Below are positions 17,470 to 27,797 of a stretch of DNA of 64,000 nt, piece after piece. This stretch comes from Alphaproteobacteria bacterium (GTDB lineage Bacteria > Pseudomonadota > Alphaproteobacteria > Bin95). Position 1 is the first letter of the stretch, and the number at the start of each line of letters is the position of its first letter. The notes under the pieces are model-generated. The model saw nothing but the letters and a program-made list of their open reading frames with translations, did not search any database and was not told the DNA's origin. The stretch lies in NCBI GenBank assembly GCA_965205265.1, contig CBDBGH010000003.1:4160001-4224000 (forward strand), written 5' to 3'. The position numbers were made by a program, and so were the translations under genes.

Positions 17470-18975
17470 ATGGCGATCGACAAGCAGACCCGTGCCGAGA
17501 TCCAGCGGCTGTATTTTGCCGAGAAGTGGAGGATCGGCACGATCGCGCGCCAGCTCGGCGTCCACCACGGCACGGTCGAGCGCGCGGTAGCGGCCGCCGG
17601 GGCGCCCGCGCGTGAGAGGCGGCGCAGGGCTTCGATGATCGATCCGTTCCGGCCCTTCATCCGCCAGACCCTGGCGGTCTGGCCCAGGCTGCCAGCCAGC
17701 CGGCTCTACCAGATGGCGGTCGAGCGCGGCTACCGGGGCAGCCAGAGCCACTTCCGGCGCATGATCGCGCCGGAGCGCCCGCGGCCTGTGGCCGAGGCCT
17801 ATCTGCGCCTCAAGACCCTGCCCGGCGAGCTGGCCCAGGTGGACTGGGCCCACTTCGGCAAGGTGAGGATCGGGCGCGCGGAGCGCCCGCTGATGGGCTT
17901 CGTGATGGTGCTGAGCTACTCGCGCCGCATCTTCCTGCACTTCTACCTCAATGCCGCGATGGACAACTTCCTGCGCGGCCATGTCGAGGCCTTCGAGGCC
18001 TGGCAGGGCGTGCCCCGCGAGCTATGGTACGACAACCTGAAGAGCGTCGTGCTGGAGCGCCAGGGCGACGCCATCCGGTTCAACCCCCGGCTCCTCGACT
18101 TCGCCGCCCGCTACCGCTTCCTGCCCAAGCCGGTCGCGGTCGCGCGCGGCAACGAGAAGGGGCGCGTGGAGCGCGCCATACGCTATGTGCGCGACAACTT
18201 CTTCGCCGCCCGCGCCTGGCGCGACCTCGACGACCTGAACGCCCGGGCCCGCGCCTGGTGCGACGGCGTCGCCGCCGACCGTCGCTGGCCGGACGACCGC
18301 TCCCTCACCGTGCGCGAGGCCTTCGAGCGCGAGCGCGGCTCCCTGATGGCGCTGCCCGACGACCGGCCCCCCGTCGACGAGAGGGTCGAGGTCAGGATCG
18401 GCAAGACCCCCTACGCCAGGTTCGACCTCAATGACTATAGCGTCCCGCATACCCATACGCGGCGCACCCTCACCGTGGTCGCGACACTGGAGGAGGTACG
18501 CATCCTCGACGGCGCCGACACCGTCGCCCGTCATCCGCGCAGCTTCGACAAGGCGGCCCGCATCGAGACCCCCGAGCACATCGAGGAGCTGGTCAGGCTC
18601 AAACGTCACGCCCACCGCCTGCGCGGGCAGAGCCGCCTTCTCCAGGCCGCCCCCGACAGCGAGCGCCTGCTTGCCGAGACCGCCAGGCGCGGCGGCAATA
18701 TCGGCACAACCGTCGCCTCCCTGCTGCGCCTGCTCGACGACTACGGAGCCGTCGAACTCGAAGCCGCCATCGATGAAGCCCTTGAGCGCGGCGTCCCCCA
18801 TCCCAATGCGGTGCGCTTCAGCCTGAACCGGCGGCGCGAACAGCGCAACGAGCCACCACCCATCCCCATCGACCTGCCCGGCGATCCAAGACTGCGCGAT
18901 ATCGCGGTCCGCGATCACGACCTCGGCGGATACGACGGGCTCGCAAGCCACCACGAGGAGGACAGCGAAGAATGA
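17470..18975 (+). CDS. istA: IS21 transposase IstA
   Basis: PGELAQVDW, VPRELWYDNLK, KGRVER. Confidence 0.93.
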   Translation: MAIDKQTRAEIQRLYFAEKWRIGTIARQLGVHHGTVERAVAAAGAPARERRRRASMIDPFRPFIRQTLAVWPRLPASRLYQMAVERGYRGSQSHFRRMIAPERPRPVAEAYLRLKTLPGELAQVDWAHFGKVRIGRAERPLMGFVMVLSYSRRIFLHFYLNAAMDNFLRGHVEAFEAWQGVPRELWYDNLKSVVLERQGDAIRFNPRLLDFAARYRFLPKPVAVARGNEKGRVERAIRYVRDNFFAARAWRDLDDLNARARAWCDGVAADRRWPDDRSLTVREAFERERGSLMALPDDRPPVDERVEVRIGKTPYARFDLNDYSVPHTHTRRTLTVVATLEEVRILDGADTVARHPRSFDKAARIETPEHIEELVRLKRHAHRLRGQSRLLQAAPDSERLLAETARRGGNIGTTVASLLRLLDDYGAVELEAAIDEALERGVPHPNAVRFSLNRRREQRNEPPPIPIDLPGDPRLRDIAVRDHDLGGYDGLASHHEEDSEE

Positions 18976-19757
18976 CCCTCAAGGACCGCGCCACGGCGCT
19001 CGGACTGCACGGCCTCCTCGCCCACTGGAGCGAGGTTGCGGAGCGCGACTGGCTCCCGCCCCTGATCGCATGGGAAGAGGAAGAGAGGCGAAGCCGAAGC
19101 CTCAGGCGACGCCTCACCGCCGCCCGCCTCGGACAGTTCAAGCCGCTCGCCGACTTCGACTGGGACTGGCCAAGGCGATGCGACCGCATGGCCGTCGAGG
19201 ACCTCATGACCCTCAACTTCCTCCGCGAGGGCGCCAATGTCGTCCTCATCGGCCCCAACGGCGTCGGCAAGTCCACAATCGCCGCCAATATCGCACACCG
19301 CGCCGTCCTCGAAGGCCACACCGTGCGCTTCGCAACCGCCGCCAGCCTGCTCGGCGAGCTCGCCGCCATCGACTCCGACACAATGCTCCAGCGCAGGCTG
19401 CGCTTCTACGCCCGCCAGCACCTCCTGGTCATCGACGAAGTCGGATATCTCTCCTACTCCAACCGTCATGCCGACCTGCTGTTCAATATCGTCTCAAGCC
19501 GCAGCCAGCAGCGCTCCACCATCATCACCACAAACCGCCCCTTCGCCGAGTGGAGCGAGGCCTTCCCCAACGCCGCCTGCCTCGTGGCCCTTGTCGACCG
19601 GCTCGTCCACAATGCCGAGATCCTCGCCATCGACGGCGACTCATACCGCCGCAAGGAGGCCGAGGAACGCCAGAAGCAGCGCAGCGCCGATCGCCGCCGG
19701 CGGCGATCGGCAAAAGGAGCGGGCAAGAGCACGGCGCAAGACACGGGGGATGCCTGA
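18972..19757 (+). CDS. istB: IS21 helper ATPase IstB
   Basis: [33 protein letters not shown]. Confidence 0.93.
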   Translation: MTLKDRATALGLHGLLAHWSEVAERDWLPPLIAWEEEERRSRSLRRRLTAARLGQFKPLADFDWDWPRRCDRMAVEDLMTLNFLREGANVVLIGPNGVGKSTIAANIAHRAVLEGHTVRFATAASLLGELAAIDSDTMLQRRLRFYARQHLLVIDEVGYLSYSNRHADLLFNIVSSRSQQRSTIITTNRPFAEWSEAFPNAACLVALVDRLVHNAEILAIDGDSYRRKEAEERQKQRSADRRRRRSAKGAGKSTAQDTGDA

Positions 19758-20643
19758 GCCAGCCGTGCAGCATCTGCATCCATGGGATCGCCGCCTGCGG
19801 GCCGAGGGGCTGCGAAGCTGCCCCCTCGAAGACGTGGTCCACGCCCTCGGCTATCGCCGCGATCCCGCCGATGCCGCGCGCTGGAGACGAGCCGGTTCGG
19901 TCCTCTCCATCAACCGCTTCATGTTCTACGACCATCTGCGCGGAGAGGGAGGCGCCGGGGCCATCCAGCTGGCGGTTCATGCGCTCGGATGCCCAACGAC
20001 CGAAGCCCTCGACTTCCTCGCCCAACTGCCGCGCCACTCACGGCTCCCGAACAGTCGCTGTGAGGCGGAGCCCTCGTGCCAGGACCCTCGCTGGCCGGCG
20101 CTGCGGCAATACCTCATCGAGCAGCGCGGCCTCGCCGACGCGCTCGTCGAGCTATGCCGAGGCCTCGGCCTGATCCGTGCCGACCGGCGCGGCAATCCCG
20201 TGTTCCTCCGCCGAAACGCCGCCAGCAAGGTGGTCGGCATAGAGACCCTCCCCGCAGCGCAGGAGCCGGCCGCAGACGGCGGCTTCTGGATGTCATGGGA
20301 GCCCGACTGGCCCGGCACCGTCATCCTCACCGGCAGCGCCCTCGACGCCCTGTCGATCCTCTCCCTCCACCTCGTCCCGGAAAAACGCAGCAAATGCGCC
20401 GTCGTCTCCACCGGCGCCATCACGGCCAGAATCCCCAAATGGGTCGAGGCCTGGAACCCGCGCCGTATCTTCTGTGCCTGGGACGCTACACGATACGGCG
20501 ATCACGCCGCCCGCCGCATGCAAGACAACGACACAAGAATCGTCCGAATGCGACCGGCCCTCGAAAACCAGGACTGGAACGACATGCTCATCCGTGACCG
20601 CGACGGCGAGCCGCTCGAAACCGATGACCGCCCAATCAGATGA
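19750..20643 (+). CDS. DUF3991/Toprim primase-like passenger protein (degenerate)
   Basis: [38 protein letters not shown]. Confidence 0.65.
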   Translation: MPEPAVQHLHPWDRRLRAEGLRSCPLEDVVHALGYRRDPADAARWRRAGSVLSINRFMFYDHLRGEGGAGAIQLAVHALGCPTTEALDFLAQLPRHSRLPNSRCEAEPSCQDPRWPALRQYLIEQRGLADALVELCRGLGLIRADRRGNPVFLRRNAASKVVGIETLPAAQEPAADGGFWMSWEPDWPGTVILTGSALDALSILSLHLVPEKRSKCAVVSTGAITARIPKWVEAWNPRRIFCAWDATRYGDHAARRMQDNDTRIVRMRPALENQDWNDMLIRDRDGEPLETDDRPIR

Positions 20644-20986
20644 ACGCAACACCTAACCCATGCGACGCTGCTCGCAAGCCGCACAAACCGGCCGTTCCGC
20701 GCCAGCAAATAAACGCCCTTCCTAACCGTCGCTAACAAGCACGGAAAGCGCCAGGATGCGCTGCTGCAGGATTCCCCGGGACCTGCGCTTCATGCGAGCG
20801 TTCACCCGCATGTCGCAATCGGGATACAGACCTCCAACATCGCCGCAGTATAGACCGCCACGCAACCCTGTCAGCACCGGGGTTTGCCCGATGGCCGGCG
20901 GGGATAGCCGCTTCGCCTGCGCAAAGCGCCGCGGGCGGGCGCAGGGAAGGCCCGGGGCACGGCCCTGTCTTCCCGACGCCGCTGCT

Positions 20987-21586
20987 TCAGCAGCCTTCGA
21001 GCATGGCGCGGTAGTGGTCGGCGCTGCGGTCGGTCGAGAGCGTGCGGTCCAGCTCGGCGATGCTGCGCAGCGCGCGTTCGGAACGCCCGATTCCGGGAAG
21101 CGCCGTCAGCACGCGGAAGCAGCAAACATTGAGGATGTGGTCGAGCCTGAGCGCCGCATCCACCGTCACATCCCGGAACCCGCCGCCCTCCTTGAGCGCC
21201 GAGCAGGTCACCTGCGCGCTCAGGCTCTCATGGAACGGCAGGTCCCCGCCATCGTCCGGCAGGGCCTCGCCGAACAGTTCCGCAAGCTCCCTCAGCATCC
21301 GGCGGGGCGGACGCTCATGCAGCCGGCCGCGATAGCTGTAGCCGGTGCTGGCGTAGCTGTCGCTGTCGGTCAGCACCGGCTGCCGGCTGCCGGAGACCAC
21401 CGTGTCGAACAGGCGGTCGAGCAGTTCCGTGTGCCGCTCGACCAGGGCGCGCATCGCCTCCCTGACTTCCTCCGCGCCCTCGCCTTCGCCGGGAATGAGG
21501 ACATATTGCAGGCGCAGCGACTCCAGCCCGCCCTCGCTGCCCCGGAGCGAGAAGTCGTAGGAAAACCGCGACAGTTCGGTTCTCAC
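20987..21586 (-). CDS. Hypothetical protein directly downstream of nadE
   Basis: 199 aa ORF with normal composition starting 4 nt after the nadE stop; no motif recognised. Confidence 0.55.
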   Translation of the reverse strand: MRTELSRFSYDFSLRGSEGGLESLRLQYVLIPGEGEGAEEVREAMRALVERHTELLDRLFDTVVSGSRQPVLTDSDSYASTGYSYRGRLHERPPRRMLRELAELFGEALPDDGGDLPFHESLSAQVTCSALKEGGGFRDVTVDAALRLDHILNVCCFRVLTALPGIGRSERALRSIAELDRTLSTDRSADHYRAMLEGC

Positions 21587-21590
21587 GGCG

Positions 21591-23246
21591 CTATGCCCTG
21601 CCGCGATAGCCGTTGACGATGGGATAGCGGCGGTCGCGGCCGAAGGCGCGGCGGGTGAGCTTGACGCCGGGCGGGGCCTGGCGGCGCTTGTATTCGGCGA
21701 TGTCGAGCATCCGCCAGACGCGCTCCACGGTCTCGACGCCGTGGCCGCGCGCCGCGATCTCGGCTACCGAAAGTTCGTCCTCGATCAGGCATTCCAGAAT
21801 GTCGTCGAGCGCATCGTAGGGCGGCAGGCTGTCCTGGTCGGTCTGGTCGGGGCGCAATTCGGCCGAGGGCGGCTTGTCGATGATGTTCTGCGGCACGACG
21901 GGCCCGGCGGGCCCGAGCGCGCCTTCCGGGCGGTTGCGGTTGCGCCAGTCGGCGAGCGCGAAGACGGTCGTCTTGTACACGTCCTTCAGCACGTTGTAGC
22001 CGCCGCACATATCCCCGTAGAGGGTGGCGTAGCCGACCGACATTTCCGACTTGTTGCCGGTGGACAGCACCATGTGGCCGAACTTGTTGGAGAGAGCCAT
22101 CAGGGTGAGCCCGCGCGCGCGGGCCTGGATGTTCTCTTCCGTCGTGTCTTCGCCGCGGTTCCCGAAGGCGCTTGCCAGCATCCGCCCGAAGGCCCCCATC
22201 GCCGGTTCGATGGAGATCGTCTCGTAGGAGGCGCCGAGCGCAGTCGCCGCCTCCAGCGCATCGTCCAGCGAAGCCTGCGAGGTGTAGGGCGAGGGCATCA
22301 TCACACAGCGCACCCGCTCGGCGCCCAGCGCATCCACCGCCACCGCCGCCGAGAGCGCGGAATCGATGCCGCCGGAAAGGCCCAGCACCACGCCCGGAAA
22401 GCGGTTCTTGTTCACATAGTCGCGCAAGCCCAGCATCATCGCCGAGTAGATGTCGGACAGATCGTCCCCGCCCTCCGCCATCGGCCCGGCTACGCAGTCC
22501 ATGCCGTCCGCGCCGCGCTCCCAGCGCGTGATCGCCACGCTCTCCGTCCAGGCGGGAAGCTGGGCCCTCAGCGCCCGGTCGCGGCCGAGCACGAAGGAAG
22601 CGCCGTCGAACACCAGTTCGTCCTGCCCGCCCACCTGATTGACATAGGCAAGCGGCAGGCCGCTCTCCACCACGCGCTCGACCGCGATGTTGAGGCGGAT
22701 GTCGTCCTTGGTCGTCTCGAAGGGCGAGCCGTTCGGCACGAGCAGCATCTCGGCGCCGTTCTCCTCCAGGCATTCGACCACGGAGGGCTGCCAGATGTCC
22801 TCGCAGATCGGCACGCCGATGCGCACATCGCGAAAGGATATCGGCCCCGGCATCTCGCCCGCGTCGAACACGCGCTTCTCGTCGAACACGCCGTAATTGG
22901 GCAGCAGCACCTTGTGGCGGACGGCCGCCACCTCGCCCTCATCCAGCAGTGCGACGGCGTTGTAGAGCCGACCGTCCTCCTGCCAAGGCAGGCCGACCAG
23001 CAGCGCGGGGCCGCCGTCGGCGGTTTCCGCCGCCAGCGCCTCGCAGGCCTCCCGGCAAGCCTTCTGAAAGTCGGGCTTCAGCACGAGGTCCTCCGGCGGG
23101 TAGCCGGAGAGCGCCAGCTCCGGGAAGACGACGAGATCGGCGCCTTCCGCGTCGGCGCGCGCGTGGCGGATGCGGTCCGCATTGCCGGCCACATCGCCCA
23201 CGGTCGGATCGATCTGGGCGATGGCGATGGAGAGCCGGTCTGTCAC
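21591..23246 (-). CDS. nadE: Glutamine-dependent NAD+ synthetase
   Basis: Nitrilase domain (FPEL, ICEDIW) plus GLSGGIDS, ENIQARAR, TGNKSE, EYKRRQAPPG. Confidence 0.96.
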   Translation of the reverse strand: MTDRLSIAIAQIDPTVGDVAGNADRIRHARADAEGADLVVFPELALSGYPPEDLVLKPDFQKACREACEALAAETADGGPALLVGLPWQEDGRLYNAVALLDEGEVAAVRHKVLLPNYGVFDEKRVFDAGEMPGPISFRDVRIGVPICEDIWQPSVVECLEENGAEMLLVPNGSPFETTKDDIRLNIAVERVVESGLPLAYVNQVGGQDELVFDGASFVLGRDRALRAQLPAWTESVAITRWERGADGMDCVAGPMAEGGDDLSDIYSAMMLGLRDYVNKNRFPGVVLGLSGGIDSALSAAVAVDALGAERVRCVMMPSPYTSQASLDDALEAATALGASYETISIEPAMGAFGRMLASAFGNRGEDTTEENIQARARGLTLMALSNKFGHMVLSTGNKSEMSVGYATLYGDMCGGYNVLKDVYKTTVFALADWRNRNRPEGALGPAGPVVPQNIIDKPPSAELRPDQTDQDSLPPYDALDDILECLIEDELSVAEIAARGHGVETVERVWRMLDIAEYKRRQAPPGVKLTRRAFGRDRRYPIVNGYRGRA

Positions 23247-24379
23247 CTCCGCCTCAGCAGGAACTCGCGCCCGACCTTGACGCTCGGCTTGCCGTCATAT
23301 TCCACGATGTCGGCGGTCGCGTAGGTCTCCGACCACTGGTCCGGGAGGTATGAGCCCGTGCCGATGGTATCCACCGGGGCCTGGGCCAGCGCCATGACAC
23401 GGCACTTGCCGGCCGTGAAGCCCGACGAGGCGGTGATCTTCGCTTTTGGGAAGCCGGCGGCGTCGAGCGTCTCGCGCAGGTGCCATATGGCGGCGGCCGT
23501 CACACCCGTGCCCACCAGATGGCGCAATTCGCCCTCCGTGCGGTAGTCGCGGATCGCGCGCGGCGCGTTGCGGTCCAGCACCTCGTAGGACTTCTGCAGG
23601 TCTAGCCCCTCGGTATAGCGCCCGCCATGGGTGTCGAGGCGGATGGCGACGCGGCCCTCAGCCGCGCGCTCCGGGAAGCGCCGGCAAACCGCCACCGCAT
23701 CGGTCAGCTCGGCCCCGTAATAGTCGGTGACGACGGTGAGCGGCTCGTCCGGGAACGTCTCAACGAACATTTCCGCCGCGCGGAGCGTGGAGCCGGCATA
23801 GCCGATGAGGCCGTGCGGCATGGTGCCGAGGCCCCGCTCCGCGCCGAAGAAATGCGCCGTTGCGTCCGTCGCGTTGCCGATGAAGCCGACCGCGCCCGCC
23901 TCGCGCTTCGCCGCCGCCGAGCCCACGCTCGCGGCATAGGCCATGATCTCGGCCATGTCGGTGCCGGCGCAGTGGCGGGCGTCCATGGCAAGAAAACCCG
24001 TGTCGGGCAGCGCCATGCACATCGCGCGGGCATTGTAGGCGGCGACGCAGGCGGAGCCGAGCTTCTGGAGGTAGAGCGTCTCCAGGTCGATCAGGTGGCG
24101 AAGCGGCCCGGAAATGTAGAGCAGCGGATCGCCCGCGCCGACCGAAACGCCTTCCTCGTAGCGCTCCTCGATGTCGAAGGCGGTGCCGCGGGCGGCCGCC
24201 ACGGCCCTCAGCCACTCGACGGTAAGCCGGGCTGCGGAGACCACCGGACGGCGCATGAACACCGCATAGGTGACCCGCACGTCGCCGAAGCGCTCCACGA
24301 CCGCCTTGCTCTTGGAGAAATAGGCGTCCGTGTAGTGCGGGACGTCGGCGGCGTCCGGGTGCGGGAGCGCGCCGTCCAT
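23243..24379 (-). CDS. pncB: Nicotinate phosphoribosyltransferase
   Basis: TDAYF, GTMPH, IRLDTHGGR, ASSGF; coupled to nadE. Confidence 0.85.
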   Translation of the reverse strand: MDGALPHPDAADVPHYTDAYFSKSKAVVERFGDVRVTYAVFMRRPVVSAARLTVEWLRAVAAARGTAFDIEERYEEGVSVGAGDPLLYISGPLRHLIDLETLYLQKLGSACVAAYNARAMCMALPDTGFLAMDARHCAGTDMAEIMAYAASVGSAAAKREAGAVGFIGNATDATAHFFGAERGLGTMPHGLIGYAGSTLRAAEMFVETFPDEPLTVVTDYYGAELTDAVAVCRRFPERAAEGRVAIRLDTHGGRYTEGLDLQKSYEVLDRNAPRAIRDYRTEGELRHLVGTGVTAAAIWHLRETLDAAGFPKAKITASSGFTAGKCRVMALAQAPVDTIGTGSYLPDQWSETYATADIVEYDGKPSVKVGREFLLRRR

Positions 24380-24382
24380 CGC

Positions 24383-25762
24383 CTACTCCGCGGCGATCGC
24401 GGGAGCGGCGCGGCCGTTGCGCTCTTCCTTCAGCTGCGCGCCGATCAGGAAGGCGAGCTCGAGCGCCTGGCTCGCGTTCAGCCTCGGGTCGCAATGGGTA
24501 TGGTAGCGGTCCTGGAGGCCGGCCTCGGTCACAGCGCTCGCGCCGCCGGTGCATTCGGTCACGTCCTGCCCGGTCATCTCGAAATGCACCCCGCCCGCCC
24601 AGGTGCCGTATTCGCGGTGGACGGCGAAGAACTCCTGCACTTCGGAAAGGATGGCGCCGAAGGGGCGCGTCTTCAGGCCGCCCGCGGCCTTGACCGTGTT
24701 GCCGTGCATCGGGTCGCAGGACCAGACGACCTCGGCCCCCTCGGCCTGTACCGTCTCGATCAGTTGCGGCAGGTGCTCCGCGACATGGCCCGCGCCGACG
24801 CGGCAGATCAGCGTCAGCCGGCCCGGCTCGTTCTCCGGGTTGAGTTGCCAGAGGAGGCGCTTGAGATGGTCGGTCGTCAGCGACGGGCCGCATTTCAGCC
24901 CGAGCGGGTTGCCGACGCCGCGCAGGAACTCGACATGCGCCTCGTCCGGGTCGCGCGTGCGGTCGCCGATCCAGAGCATGTGCGCCGAGCAGTCGTACCA
25001 CTCGCCCGTCAGGCTGTCCACGCGGGTCAGCGCCTCCTCCCAGGGCAGCAGCAGCGCCTCGTGGGAGGTGTAGAAGGAGGTTTCGCGAAGCTGCGGCGTC
25101 GTCTCCGAGGTGAGGCCGCAGGCAGCGATGAATTCAAGGGCTTCGGAGAGCCGGTCCGCCATGTCGCGGTATCGCTCGCCCAGTTCCTCGCGCACGAAGT
25201 CGAGGTTCCAGCGGTGGACCTGGTGGAGGTCCGCGAAGCCGCCCATGGCGAAGGCGCGCAGGAGGTTCAGGGTCGCCGAGGACTGGGTGTAGGCCTGGAG
25301 CATCCGCTGCGGGTCGGGCTCGCGCGAAGCCGCGTCGAAGCCCATGGCGTTGATGATGTCGCCCCGGTAGCTCGGCAGCTCCACCCCGTCCACGGTCTCG
25401 GTCGGCGCCGAGCGCGGCTTGGCGAACTGGCCGGCCATGCGCCCGACCTTCACCACCGGACAGGACGCGCCGTAGGTTAGCACCACGGCCATCTGCAGCA
25501 GCACCTTGAAGGTGTCGCGGATATTGTTGGCGTGGAACTCGGCGAAGCTCTCGGCGCAGTCGCCGCCCTGGAGCAGGAAGGCTTCGCCACGGGCGACGCG
25601 GGCGAGATCGGCCTTGAGATTGCGCGCCTCGCCGGCGAAGACGAGCGGCGGCCAGGTCGCAAGGTTCTTCTCGGCGGCGGCGAGCGCGGCCTCGTCGGCA
25701 TAGACCGGCATCTGCTGCGCCGGCTTGCCGCGCCAGGTCCGGGGCGTCCAAGTCTCGCCCAT
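24383..25762 (-). CDS. Class II DAHP synthase
   Basis: [44 protein letters not shown]. Confidence 0.96.
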   Translation of the reverse strand: MGETWTPRTWRGKPAQQMPVYADEAALAAAEKNLATWPPLVFAGEARNLKADLARVARGEAFLLQGGDCAESFAEFHANNIRDTFKVLLQMAVVLTYGASCPVVKVGRMAGQFAKPRSAPTETVDGVELPSYRGDIINAMGFDAASREPDPQRMLQAYTQSSATLNLLRAFAMGGFADLHQVHRWNLDFVREELGERYRDMADRLSEALEFIAACGLTSETTPQLRETSFYTSHEALLLPWEEALTRVDSLTGEWYDCSAHMLWIGDRTRDPDEAHVEFLRGVGNPLGLKCGPSLTTDHLKRLLWQLNPENEPGRLTLICRVGAGHVAEHLPQLIETVQAEGAEVVWSCDPMHGNTVKAAGGLKTRPFGAILSEVQEFFAVHREYGTWAGGVHFEMTGQDVTECTGGASAVTEAGLQDRYHTHCDPRLNASQALELAFLIGAQLKEERNGRAAPAIAAE

Positions 25763-26020
25763 GAGCCTACTCCTTGCTTCATACGCCTCGCGGGAAAGGC
25801 GGGGCTATACGCCGAAACCGCCCGGATTTCAAACGGAGCCGGCGCGCCGGACTCCCGCCACACCCTGTCAGGCGGGGATTGCCGGCTTCGCACTGCATGT
25901 CCCAACCGTCGCCCGGCTCCCGAGCCGGGGCGGCGAACAGGGATGGATACGGATTTCGGTATTATTTCCTGAAAAATCAACTCCCTGACAGAAAAAGACC
26001 GAAAATCTTGGTCGAAGGAC

Positions 26021-26048
26021 TTGCAATTTGGCTAGGCTGTTATAGAAT
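26021..26048 (+). promoter_or_regulatory. Sigma70-like promoter TTGCAA-N16-TAGAAT
   Basis: Consensus-like hexamers in an AT-rich patch of a long intergenic region. Confidence 0.4.
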
Positions 26049-26527
26049 ATATCAAGAACAAAAAACCAGGAGCGGCATCCGGAGGCCGTTTCCCGTCGCG
26101 CCGGCGCCGACGCGAAAAAACACCGAAGGAGCGGACAGGAGACGTGCGCCTTGCGTCCGGTTCGCGCGCGGGGGCGCAGGCGCAATCAGGCGCGCAAACC
26201 GCGCCGCCGCGAAACGCGCGCCCACGGGCGCGGGCGCGCCGGCAGGCGTTATGCGCGAATCAGGGTTCCGCCGCCGGGAGAAGACAGCGGCGGAAGGTGC
26301 GGAACGAAGGCGGATCGAGAGGAGAGCCCGATGCCGAGAACGCAAAGCCGGGGAAACCCGATGGAATACCCGGCCCGAAATAGCAGCCCTATGCCCGAAA
26401 CGACTACAGGATATGAGCCATCCGCATGCAGAACATGACATCTCATGACATATCCGAGGGGTCTCTCCGCCGCCCGGTCCGGCGGGCGCCCCGGACACAG
26501 GCCGGACCGGGATGCAGATACGGCAGG

Positions 26528-27745
26528 CTACCGGGAAGAGAAACGCAACCGGGTGCGGGCGACGGCCCTTTCGGTTACGGCGAAGACCATGAGCAGGCCG
26601 CTTCCAAGCACCGCGCCGGCCAGCAGGAAGGACAGCGCGCCATAGCCGAAATGGGCGGCCAGCGCGCCGCCGACGGCCGCGCCCGTCGCGGTGCCACCCC
26701 AATTGCTGCTGGATATTACGCCGGCAAGCGCGCCTCGGGACTCGCCCCCGGCCTCGGCAATCAGAATCATCAGAACCGTGGTGACGGGAACCACCAGCAA
26801 CATGAGAAGGCCGGCCGCCGACACCGAGAACCACGCGCCCCAATCGAGCAGGAACACCCCCAGCCCCGGAATGGCGGCGGCCAGCAGCAGCGCGGCCGTT
26901 ACAGGGAGTCGCCTGCGAACGCGCCCGATCCGGCCGCCCAGCAGGGGCGCCGCGGCCATCCACAGGGCGACGACGGCCATGGGAAGAGCGGTTTCCACTT
27001 TTCGCAGGCCGTAAGTCACGATCAGGAAAGGCGGCAGGAAGGTGATGACCGCGCCCCAGGCGGTGCGGGCCAGTATGTTGGTTCCGGCCATGTACCAGGT
27101 CACCGGAAACGCAGCGACCCGCCGCATCCGGCCGGCCAGCGTCACACGCGCGCCCGACCGGCTCCGATGCGGCACAAGCGCAAGGAGCAGCAGGGCGGCC
27201 AGCAAGAGCGCCAGTCCGACCGCCAGAAACGGAAAGCGCCATCCCGCATACTCGCCGAGCACGGCGGCCAGCGGCACACCCAGCAGCACGCTCATCCCCG
27301 GCTGCATGGTCAGAAGGGCGATGGACATGGGCTGGCGCCGGCTCCCCATCAGGTCTCCGACCAGCGAAATGCATGTGGGCGGCACCATGCCGCCACCTAT
27401 TCCCACCAGCAGGCTGAAACCGACCGCCGCGGCGAATGTGGGAGCCAGGCCCATGCCGAGCGAGCCCGCCGCCAGGAAGCAGAGACCGAGCACGATCACC
27501 GGCTTGCGCCCATAAGCGTCGGAGAAGGGCCCCGCCACGAGTGCCGTGGCCGCCCAGACCGCAGCGGCTGCGGTCACGAGCTGACCCGCCTCGGGAACCG
27601 AGACGCCGAGCGCCCCGGCCATGTCCACGAGCAACGGCCCCAGCATCGCCACCGCCGTGACCGCCAGGAACACGGCAAATGCCAGACTGCCCAGGAGGAA
27701 CGGGCAGGCCTTCTCCGTGACGGCGCCCGGCGACACAGGCATCAA
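26528..27745 (-). CDS. MFS transporter
   Basis: Motif A GPFSDAYGRKP and about 12 TM helices. Confidence 0.88.
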   Translation of the reverse strand: MMPVSPGAVTEKACPFLLGSLAFAVFLAVTAVAMLGPLLVDMAGALGVSVPEAGQLVTAAAAVWAATALVAGPFSDAYGRKPVIVLGLCFLAAGSLGMGLAPTFAAAVGFSLLVGIGGGMVPPTCISLVGDLMGSRRQPMSIALLTMQPGMSVLLGVPLAAVLGEYAGWRFPFLAVGLALLLAALLLLALVPHRSRSGARVTLAGRMRRVAAFPVTWYMAGTNILARTAWGAVITFLPPFLIVTYGLRKVETALPMAVVALWMAAAPLLGGRIGRVRRRLPVTAALLLAAAIPGLGVFLLDWGAWFSVSAAGLLMLLVVPVTTVLMILIAEAGGESRGALAGVISSSNWGGTATGAAVGGALAAHFGYGALSFLLAGAVLGSGLLMVFAVTERAVARTRLRFSSR

Positions 27746-27797
27746 AGCCCCTCGAGCGGCCGCTTTCGGCCCGATGGCGAGGTCTCGGCGCTGCGCT

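Larger units (their letters stand above)
16652..20737 (+). mobile_element. IS21-family element with two extra ORFs (4086 bp)
   Basis: TG...CA ends, imperfect IRs sharing AAGGGCGnnTATTTGCTGGCG, 7 bp TSD AGCACGG (16645-16651 and 20738-20744), istA-istB. Confidence 0.88.
16158..20818 (-). pseudogene. Membrane-anchored LuxR-family regulator split by IS21
   Basis: C-terminal HTH (MTRSERDVAWFIIKGFRFSEIARIRGVKESTARLQATSLYAKAGV) at 16158-16651. Removing the IS and one TSD restores the frame ...QQRILALSVLACAILFF, with a probable TTG start at 20818. Confidence 0.8.
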
